Source: Selaginella moellendorffii (lineage: Eukaryota > Plantae > Lycopodiophyta). Taken from it: a DNA stretch of 64,000 nt. The stretch is from assembly GCF_000143415.4 (NCBI RefSeq), contig NW_003314335.1, forward strand, positions 722,834 through 786,833, read 5' to 3'. This document shows, piece after piece, positions 54,601-64,000 of this stretch. Under the pieces are notes generated by a model. That model did no database searches, was not told the origin of the DNA, and saw only the letters and a list, made by a program, of their open reading frames with translations. The translations under genes and the position numbers were made by a program. Positions within the stretch are counted from its first letter, which is position 1; each line of letters begins with the position of its first letter.

Positions 54601-56442
54601 GTCAAGGCGCTCAAGGAGTGGCGACACTACCTTGGGAGACACTTCAAGGTTTACACGGACAATGTGGCAACGAAACACTTTTTGTCACAACTCGACCTGA
54701 GAGGGAAACAAGGTCGGTGGGCCAATGCCTTGGCCGAGTTTGATTGCGAGATTCTGTACAAGCCTGGGAAGAGCAACATCGTGGCAGATGCGCTAAGTCG
54801 AAAAGCGAGCTTGAGGTTGGCGATATCTAGCGCAACAGCAACCTTCTGGGACGATGTGTGGACAGCATATGAGAATGATGGTCTAGCACAAGAAGTGTTG
54901 TTGAGGAATCTGGAGGCGCGGGAAGCTCACCAGAGAGGTGAGCTGCCAACGGAAGAGAAAACGGGCTATGCGGAACGCAACGGACTCATTTATTACAAGC
55001 AAACGAGGGTATATGTTCCAGAAGGGGGACTAAGGAAAGTAGCCTTAGAAGAGTGTCATGACGGACCTCTTGCGGGACACGGCGGAGTGCCCAAGACGAT
55101 GGGCTTACTCAAGAGGAAGTACCATTGGCCAGATATGGCTAAGGACGTCCAAGACTATGTAAAGACATGTCCAACATGTCAGTAGGTCAAAGCCGTGACT
55201 AAGGCTAGTGGGGGTTTGTTGCAAAGCATCCCAATTCCAGATTGTCCGTGGAAATGTCTTACGATGGACTTCATCACGGGACTACCCCCAAGCGAGGGGT
55301 TTGATGCGATATTCGTGGTGGTGGATCGATTTTCGAAGATGGCACATTTCATACCCACCACAACGGAAGTGGATGCGGAAGGTGTGGCGAAGCTGTTCTT
55401 CGAACAAGTGGTTCGAGTGCGGGGAAGGCCAGAAGAGATTATCTCAGATCGAGATAAGATCTTCACTAGTAGGTTCTGGAGGACCCTCCTAGAACAGTAT
55501 CGCACCAAGTTGAAATTCAGCACAGCCTATCACCCACAGACAGGTATGGGGTATTAAGTCAAGTTTGGTGGTCCTAACACTTCTTGACAGACGGACAAAC
55601 GGAAAGGGTGAATAGGCAGCTGGAGGATTATTTGCGATGCTATGTCTCGGGAGACCAGACCGATTGGGTAAGTCATTTGGGACTTGCGGAAATGTGTTAT
55701 AACAACTCACCACATTTGAGTATCGGGGTGAGTCCATGGGAAGTCATCAATGGGCGAGCTATTGAAGGTCCTGTGGAACTCGGCATGGCCGAGTATCATG
55801 GAGAGCTACCCACAATGGAGGCATTCACGGCGGAAAGACTCAACATTTGGAATCTAGTGAGGGATTCTTTGGAACGGGCTCAACAAAGGCAAACCAAGTA
55901 TGCGAACCTAAAGCGCCGGGATGTAGAGTTCCAAGCTGGGGAGAAGGTGTGGCTGAACACCAAGAACCTTAGGCTACCAAGTGGGATCAGCCGAAAGTTG
56001 ACCCAAAGGTAAAAATGCATGTATTCCTGTAAATGAATTGATCTTGAGTTCCTTAAGCAAGTTCGCGGGGCCTTACGAGATTGAGGCACGAATCGGTAAA
56101 GTGGCTTACTGACTCCGACTTCCTCGGGAGATGGGGAAGATGCACCCAGTGTTCCACGTGAACTTACTCAAGCCGTACTTTGAGGATCCGCTTCGCAAGG
56201 ACCAAGTAAGACCTTTACCTGAGGTTATCCAAGGGGAAGAGGAATACGAAGTCGAGGCCATCCTCAATGCGCGCAAGAGCAAGCGACAAGGACGCGAGGT
56301 GAGAGAGTTCCATGTGAAGTGGAAAGGATTTCCACACTGCGAAGCAATATGGGAACCGGAGGAGAACCTAGCGAACGCGTGAGATCTAGTGGAGGAATTT
56401 CTGCAAGCCAGAACTCTATGTACTTATGCAAAGTTCTATTAA
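51691..56442 (+). pseudogene. gag-pol of element B: single frame with 5 nonsense codons and two putative introns (55544-55590; 56009-56057/56060)
   Basis: [25 protein letters not shown], RNase H DASD, GHGG..CPTCQ, HPQT|DGQTER, KLTQ..|FAGPY, chromodomain YEVEAIL..VKWKGF..WEP. Confidence 0.92.
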
Positions 56443-56845
56443 AAATATCAATTTGCAAAGTTGAGCAAGTGGCATATGTTGGGACCCGAAGGCGCGCCGA
56501 AGGTAAGCTAATTAGCATGGGTTAGCTAGGTCGACCAGGCGTAGGGAGCTACGCCCGACTCCCTGCGGGGATGTCGAATCCGTAGACATATTCTACGGAG
56601 GTTGGGTTCGAGTCCCAACCCCCTAGTAAAGCAAGGCTGGGTTCAAGTCCCGACCCTATACTAGGGCGTGGTGAGGTGAGGAGTATAGGGACACCTATAT
56701 TCCGTTGTCATGGGCTCTTGGCCGGGGAGGCTAACTTAGGCACACCGCTAAGTGGGGGGATGCCCCCGGAGACATGGTCAACAAGTCGTAGGATAAAACG
56801 AGACGTTCGATGTGGGCATCGAACTTCTTCTATGGGTGGTGGAGT

Positions 56846-57995
56846 TGTAAGGAACCAACTCGCCAAGGTGTCATAGGCTAAAGGAACCCCGAAAGCATGA
56901 CCAAAATGACAAAGAGTTCATCGGATGGGACCAAGTCGAAGATCGAGTCCAAGACCGACTCTAGGACCGAGTTCGAGATCGAGTCCGGAATCGAGTCCGA
57001 GACCAACTCGGGGACCGAGTTCGAGTCCAAGTTCGAGACCGAGTTCGAGACGGAGTCCGAGATCCGAAATCGGGTCCGAGACCGAGTCCGAGGTCGAGTC
57101 CGAAGTCGGGTCCGAGATCAGGTCCGAGATCGAGTCCGAGATCGAGTCCGAAACCGAATCCGAAGTCGGATCCGAAATCGGGTCCGAGATCGAGCCAGAG
57201 ACTAAATCCAAATACTAATACGGGTCAAGGGGTGAAAGCCCAAAGCGTGCGTCTCCCAGGGGGGGGGGGGGCTGCAGGGGGTTCCAAAAGTATAGTAGGG
57301 ATAGTGAGGTCCAGGAACCAGTTTTGAAGGGACTCTCCAATTGGGCTTCCAAACCGACTTGAGGTTGAGACTGGGACCGAGGGGCCTTGGGTGGGAGTGA
57401 GCATGGACTTGGCTGGTGCCGGAGGGGCCATCCAAGGAAGTGCTCAAGAGCAGCTCCCACTCCCGAAAGGGAAACCGATTGCGGTGCTCCCGGCTCATAT
57501 GGAGTGGTGCCCCACTTGAGTACCATGCGGCTCATTGGTCCTCGCCCTTCCTAGGGGCTTGGGCCTTCCTTCGGGATGGAAGTGGGGGGCGAGAGGTACC
57601 CATACCGGGCCGCTAGGCCACGATGTTTCGCCCCGGCGTCCCGAAGCAAGTGTTGCACTCAAGACTTGGGATTTAGAGGGTCCCATGATCAAGTCTTGTG
57701 GTACCAAAGGATGTTAGGAACCTGGAAGCTTGGTGTGCTTGGCTGCTTGTGCTTGCGGGGAGTGTAGCCGAACCTTAAGTCCAGTCTAACCCGGGGAGGG
57801 GGATTGGGAGTGATTTGGGAATCCGTGGATGGAAGGCTAACCCTCCGTTGCTCGTGCAGTGAGTAGCTGAGACCAAGTAGGAGCTGGTACCATAGGCGAG
57901 AACCTTGGCAAGGGAACTTAGCAAAAGCCAAGGCGGTGTTGGACGGATAGACGAGGTAAGCTGGCAAATTGGAAAGGAAAAATTTGTGGCTTACA
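56846..57995 (+). repeat. 3' LTR of element B (1,150 bp)
   Basis: Direct repeat of 48676-49827. Confidence 0.95.
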
Positions 57996-58072
57996 GTCTG
58001 GTGCACCTGTTTCAGTGGGATCTTGTGTTACCAGCCAGCTCTGGGGACAGAGCTTTTCAAAGTGGGGGGTAA

Positions 58073-58286
58073 TGTTATGAGCTATTCTTGGCTCATAACT
58101 AGTACGGATGCGGGACGACAGGGGATCTGTACGAGACATATATGGTCCGACTGGCGCAAAGTGGGAGGGTAAGTTTTCGTTCTCTTCTTCTTCTTCCAGG
58201 CCTTGAGCCTTTTCTCTTCTCTTGTTTCTCATGTGAATCACTCATTAATGGATCACATCCTTTTTTATTGGATTCTCATCCTAACA
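58073..58286 (+). repeat. 3' LTR of element A (214 bp)
   Basis: Direct repeat of 29721-29937, followed by TSD GGTAA. Confidence 0.95.
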
Positions 58287-58291
58287 GGTAA

Positions 58292-60800
58292 CACCTTCCG
58301 TTTCGAGCTTTGAGGGCACGATGTGTTGGAATGAACCAGGGCCACCCAAAGCAAGACAAATACTCAACCAAAGAAAGCAGCAAAAATGAAGACACCTGTT
58401 CAAGGTTTGGAATAAATGCTGCCTGGTCATCAAGAAGTGCAAGTGGCAAGTGGCAACACCTGCAACTTTGCGAGTACCTCACTGCCACCATAAACCTTTG
58501 CAATGAGCTTGCCATTGTTGAACCTGCACAACCCCAACTCTGCACCAGCAGTAGATAGGATGGTCTGATGCCTTTTGTGAGTCCATATGATTGATGATGT
58601 ATGGAGTACTTCAAGCCTTGTACACCGAGTTGGCAAAACCTTGTCGATAAGGCACACCCTTTCCCTGGCCATGGGCTCCCAATAGCAAACTCACACATTA
58701 TTGCAAAAGCCACATTCGACTTTGAGCTGAGACAGAAAGCGCAAGATCATCAGCTTTAAGTTCAGCATCTGTAACATACGCAGAAGATAATGATAAACCA
58801 AAGTGCGCCATACTTACAGTTGAAGGAGCAGCCATAGAAAATATTCGTGTCTGCTTCTATCAACATGAGGCGATTGCATCTTCCACTGTGTTAGAACGTC
58901 TGGAAGAAGGCAAGGCACAAGCAAGTCCTTGATAAACGGTTCCGACTTGATGCTGCAGAGCAGCAGCTCCAGCTCTTGGTGGCTGGGTTTGCTGTAGCTT
59001 GGTGATGACTGCCGTTCAAGAATTTTGACTATATCTTATGAGAGAGCCTCGTAAACGGCTTGAGCTCCTTTACCAAACTTTTCTCTTGAAAGATCCATCT
59101 ACATGAATTGGTTAAGAGACACAAAACAGAAAGAAAGGAGGAAAGAGACACTCACCGTTTTGCGCTGAGCAAAGCAATCAGACAGCAAAGCATCGCTGAC
59201 ACCCATCCTTTGTGTTGCATCTTCTATAGAAACATTAATCAGTTCAGGTCCCACCCAAACCCCAGTCCAGAAAACGTCGAGCGAGTTGAGGGCTGCATGG
59301 GTCCTGGAGGATGTGGCAAGCAATCTGGAAAACCTCTTCAGAGATGAAATCTTGGAAGAGATCCCAGTGTTGGTGGATGTAGAGCAAACTTAGCAAATGG
59401 GCCAAGTCTGGATCCTGAGCCACTGCATTGTACCTTGTGTTCACATATTCCCCCACTAGCCTCTTCTCCTTGGAAAACCTGCTGAGCTTGTCATACTCGC
59501 TACCTGCCTTGCCCAATTTTTTGAGATTGCTAAACATGTATGTACATTACCCCAGTCCCAAAGGGATCAAAACAACATTAAGAGTGCACTCTCAAAGAAA
59601 CTAGTGAAGTTATGAGCACGAACGCCCAGCACTACTCTTGGGCCGTCTGCCTCCCAGGTGACTCCACTGTGAAGCTTGAAGCCACTTACTATACTCCATG
59701 ACTGGCACAACTTGCCATGGAGCGCTCCACCACCAACATGCCTCCAGTGCCAAAACAACGTCCAAACACGATAATACTCCAACTTGTAGCTCTATGCGAG
59801 GTGTGACCATTTTCCAACTCAAGGCTAAAGTGTGCTACCTTGCCTCCCACATGAGACAAGTGCACTAGCTCATCTTCGAATGAGTCTTAGCCCTACAATA
59901 GGGACTAGGAAAGGGCATGAATTTCCTCCTAAGGGAGTGAACTCCAAAACAGGTGTTGGAGAAGAGATGTATGGATCCCCCACACGTATACTGCCGAATT
60001 GACTCTGTTGGCCGTTAGTCTCAACTGTGGTAGTAGTCCTTGCCACTAGATCCAAAAATCCTCCTTTCCTGATCATCCTCAAAGTGAGACATTATACATT
60101 GTCTTCCAAAGAGAATCCAAAAAACTAGGAACTTTTTCAAATCTTAGCTGCTCCAAGTCACCACTAAAGTGACATCTAGCTCCACCAATACTTGACCGTT
60201 ACTGTCATCATCACACATCAAGGCAAGCAAAATCACATAGATATTGGCAAAGAGCTCCATTTCTAAAGTTTTTGGAACTGTCTATCTACCGTCGAGATGC
60301 CTTAAGAGCCTCTTAGAATTACAGCGATCCACTAGTGCCAGCCCTAGAAGCCCTAGCCACCAAGGAACCCTAAGGTGAACCCTAAACCTAGCTGCTAGAA
60401 GGAACCCTAGCCGCCAGGAACCTTAACCCTAGCTACCGCCCAAGAACCCTAATTCCAGAGCACGAGCTAGGGTCGTCCAGATCTCTTGAATCCCAGATTT
60501 GAATGAAGTGCCGCTACTGGGAGTGCTTCTTGCCACTCCCTAGATGCCAGCCGTGAAGTCGAAACAAGAAAAAGAGCAAAAACCAAGTCGTGGGAAAGAA
60601 AAGAGGAGAAAAAGAGCCCGTCTTTTGCCATAGCCGCTCCGGCGAAGCGAGTGGAGGACTGGTGAAGCTGGCAACATCCCTCTTCTGCGTTAATCACTCC
60701 CACAACTCCATTTCCCCTTAGAGCCGAAAGCCCTAAATCTTGAAAGCTTGCAAACCCTAGCCACCGCCAATTTCTTGAGATTGTCGACCATATTGCCATC
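58292..60800 (-). other. Probable multi-exon gene or pseudogene of unknown product, possibly continuing at 29000-29715 across element A
   Basis: Short minus-strand ORFs bounded by GT/AG-like sites and CCCTA(G/A) telo-box-like motifs at 60340-60450. No family recognised. Confidence 0.35.
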
Positions 60801-62590
60801 ATGGGATTTAATAAGTACAGAAACCCTAAAAAGCTTTAAAGTTGCCGCACTTTTTTTGCGAATGTTATATTTTTCCTTGGTCTTTTTCCCTTTGTGGGAA
60901 TATGTGTGTGTTTAGTTGCTGCTGAAGTTGTGGCATACCTTTGTAGAAGATGGTGCTGTGATTTCAAAATGTGGCCAGTGTGTCCAGTTGCTACTGAAGG
61001 TGCATGCTTGTTGATGACCATTCTTGGAGTAAAAGGAAAATTGATTGGGGTCATCATAGCAAGTGGATTTCACTTTCAAAGACTTTCAAAGACAAGGAGA
61101 TGGAGGACCAAGGGACGAGACAGAACAAAATTCTCCGATACCATGTTGGAAAATGGATTTGGACATTGAACCCAGGACCTCCTACACCAGTTCCTGGTGG
61201 TCTAACTGAGCTACCTGCCCTAATTGTGTGATGTTCAGCTTAGTTCCAATATTGAACAGACAGTTGAAAGCAATTGTTACCTTAACTGGCTGAAAGAATG
61301 CTGGAACTCACTAGTGCAAGCGATTGGATGATTCTGATGAAGAGGATCCCTTGGAGTCCAAGTGTGAAAAGGAATTTCCACTCGAAGTCTATACCATTTG
61401 AAGAAGCTTTATGTGCAGCCTCTCCATATAATGGCGCTAGAAACAAGACAATGTCAGATTGGGTGTTCAAGATGGATCTAGCTGTATAGACACTAGAAAG
61501 CAAGCAAGTGATGTGCACATTTTAATTCTCTGGAAAAGAATGCCTTATCATGGTTATTGCGAATGTGAGTATGGGTATGAAAAGTTACCTGTTGGCTAAT
61601 CTTTTTGAATATTCTTTCTTTACTACCACGACGGTAAGAGGTCAGTATTGCTGGGCCTTTTAACAGTTCCTCTTGCTTAAATGTTAGTAAACTTGATTTA
61701 ACATTTATAAGGAAGGAATTCTTAAGTGTAGCCAAGCATATTTAGTCTAGCTTGTTAGTTCTCTTTTGCTTTATTATGCATTAGTTTAATAAGAACCTCT
61801 GCAATATTAAAATTGGTCCTTTAATATTCGCTAGATGATAGTTTATGGTGTTTGCCAAACAGCCTCGCTATCATGCCTTTTGTATTAGTCTTGTTCGGTC
61901 TCAATTGCTATTTATGAAAAGTATCTAGATTTATTAATTTAGCATATTTACAGAATGTATAGATTGTTCTAAACACAATAGCGTTAATCTCGTGTTTAAA
62001 TTTGCAATCTAATGCCATTCCATATTTAGTAAGTTTCAATTTAGTCCCAGAGACTAACTTTTAGTAAGGGTGACAGCCCAAAACATGTGTTCCTCAAGGG
62101 GAAGGGGGAGGGCGGGGGGGGGGGCTCCAAATATATAGTAGGGACAGTGGGTTAGGTATGGCTGACTAATTTGAGGTATAGTTTAACTCTCCTTTGCATA
62201 CTTGTTTTTGTTCTATATCCGGCTTAGATCTAAATCTAAATTCCATTTTATGTTAATTAATGGAGTACCTATATCCTTGCGTTAAGCTGAAATAACACTA
62301 AACTCCATTTAGCTCCATTTTATGTGTTGATTTTGGCATTAAGATGCTTTAGGATTATTTTAAGTCACTCTGTGCTTTTGTTCCTTTATTCCTTGGGCTA
62401 TACACTCAGAAGTCATTTCATGCTTTAATACTTTTGTTTCTTAGCTCCATGCTTAGGAGTTTGGCTTTGTTCTTTCATTAAATTTCTGAAGGCCCTAAAA
62501 CTAGGGTTTTGTTCCGCTATCCTTGGCATAGAATATGACACATGGCATATAGAGGGTTGAGATTTCGCTTTGTGGTTATCCTATAGTAAC

Positions 62591-63335
62591 TATAGCGCAC
62601 TTTATCTCTCTCCCCTTAAACCAACTAGAAAAGGGGCAATTGCTTGATAAGAGAGCCCTTAGTGGCTATTTTATCCCTATTTATCCCCCAAGGTTCCAAG
62701 GATCCACGGTGATAGTATATTCAAATCTTATCCCATGATCACATGCGTTACACTCACTGAATCTACCAATCATTCCATTGTGTAGACTAACTATTCCATG
62801 TGAGGCAATTAGTCATCCACCCGTACTGCAATCCCATAGTGGATACCTTCGTCCGTGGATACTCCATACAAGAGGAAGGATGTACGCATGGATGCCCAAT
62901 ACATATGATTTCAAATTTATGGGTAGAAATATACCTTGCTCAAGGGTATATTATATTTGTGAGGCAATTAGTCATCCATCCGTACTGCAATCCCATGGTG
63001 GATATCTTCGTCCGTGGATACTCCATACAAGAGGAAGGACATACGCATAGACGCCCAATACATACAATTTCAAATTTAGGGGTAGAAATACACCTTGCTC
63101 GAGGGTATATTATATTTTTTAAGTAGCCACTAATTAATGGGAATCGAACTCGTACCATTTTCTCTGATACAACTGTAGCGCACCTTATTTCTCTCCCCTT
63201 AAGCCAACTGGAAAAGGGGCAATTGCTTGATGAGAAAGCCCTTAGTGGCTATTTTATCCCCATTTATCCCCTAAGGTTCCAAGGATCCACGGTGACAATA
63301 TATCCAAATCTTATCCCATGATCACATGCGCTATA
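62591..63335 (-). mobile_element. TRIM-like non-autonomous LTR element (745 bp)
   Basis: Two 162-bp direct repeats (62591-62752, 63174-63335) with consensus termini TGTAGCGCA...TGCGCTACA. PBS-like TTGTATCAGAG on the minus strand at ~63162-72. Flanks GTAAC/GTAAA. Two ~159-bp tandem units inside. Confidence 0.7.
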
Positions 63336-64000
63336 GTAAATCATCATAGAATAAAGGGTGAAACCATATGCACTACAATGGTGGTGTTGTTATATAGGTG
63401 GAAATCACAAGGAAGCTATAGAAACACTTTATTCCTTTACATGGGGAAATGAAGATTTGAGACAAATTACACTAGCTCAAGCTAGAAAATTGTGCTATAT
63501 ATAAGTTTACATTGGTTGATACAATTTGTCTAGGATTTTCATCTCCGCATTTGAAGGAATAAAGTATTCCCTCATGAATGTTGACTGTCACTTTTAATGG
63601 CGCTATGGCATCTACCCATATAGACAGTAGAAAGCGAGGAAGTGATTTACTCATCTAATTCTTTGGAAAAAGAACATTAACATAATGCATAAAGTCCCTC
63701 TGAAATAGGATTCCAAATGCCCAATTTGAGAGCATTGCCTTGTTTCTAGCACCATTGTATATTGTGAATATGACTTTGGGTATCAGAAGATATTTATTAG
63801 CTAGTCCTTATGGACACTCTCCCCTTATTGCCATGATAGCAGGAGGTTGGTACTATTAGTTCCTTTTATAGTCTCCGCCTAAACTAGTTGAGAAATTGAT
63901 CAACATATATATACTTAGACTAAAAAAGCAATAAGGAAGGAAATCTTAAATCATCATTAAGTCAAGCATAATTGACACAGTGATGAGAAACTTGTATTGT

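Larger units (their letters stand above)
48676..57995 (+). mobile_element. Ty3/gypsy chromovirus LTR retrotransposon (element B, 9,320 bp) nested in the chromodomain of element A
   Basis: LTRs 48676-49827 and 56846-57995 (TGTAAG...CTTACA), TSD GTCTG on both sides, PBS TGGTATCGGAGCC 49831-43, PPT before 56846. Confidence 0.96.
29721..58286 (+). mobile_element. Ty3/gypsy chromovirus LTR retrotransposon (element A), host of two nested insertions
   Basis: TG...CA LTRs 29721-29937 and 58073-58286, TSD GGTAA (29716-20 / 58287-91), PBS TGGTATCAGAGC, PPT aaagtggggggt, gag-PR-RT-RH-IN-chromodomain order. Confidence 0.95.

Noticed and set aside
38566-56382. Stops as U-to-C RNA-editing or readthrough sites
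   Set aside because: These are nuclear TE sequences; methylation-driven decay is the simpler explanation.
60890-61500. Possible decayed gene on the + strand
   Set aside because: Fragmented frames and no family recognisable by eye.

Overview
Eukaryotic plant nuclear DNA, most likely the lycophyte Selaginella. This is inferred from the compact genes, 47-67 bp introns and decayed PLS-PPR copies, and is not proven. Bases 1-29 kb hold host genes: a P-type PPR gene, ycf20-like, three tandem DUF604/fringe-like glycosyltransferases, a fungal-type FAD-linked oxidase, tRNA-Phe, GAR transformylase, a RING-CH E3 and an LRR receptor kinase. These are mixed with inverted duplications and pseudogenes (PLS-PPR, HSP70, NADH-GOGAT, two extra PurN relics). 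Bases 29.7-58.3 kb are a three-layer transposon nest. A Ty3/gypsy chromovirus (LTRs 29721-29937 and 58073-58286, TSD GGTAA) contains (i) a 13.6-kb DNA transposon (34735-48359, 24-bp TIRs, 4-bp TSD ATGC, Sola-like DDE transposase) and (ii) a second chromovirus (48676-57995, TSD GTCTG). The strongest novelty is the DNA transposon. It is studded with more than 20 copies of a fixed-geometry palindrome ATGGCRTG-N6-CAYGCCAT, enriched in its own introns, and carries a divergently transcribed cargo gene with ParB/Srx-like, degenerate methyltransferase-like and FCP1-phosphatase-like segments. Together these suggest a candidate ParB/parS-like or VANC-like self-recognition system. The second novelty is two apparent spliceosomal introns inside the integrase of the nested LTR retrotransposon. 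A 745-bp TRIM-like element lies near the end. All domain assignments come from reading motifs by eye, with no database searches.
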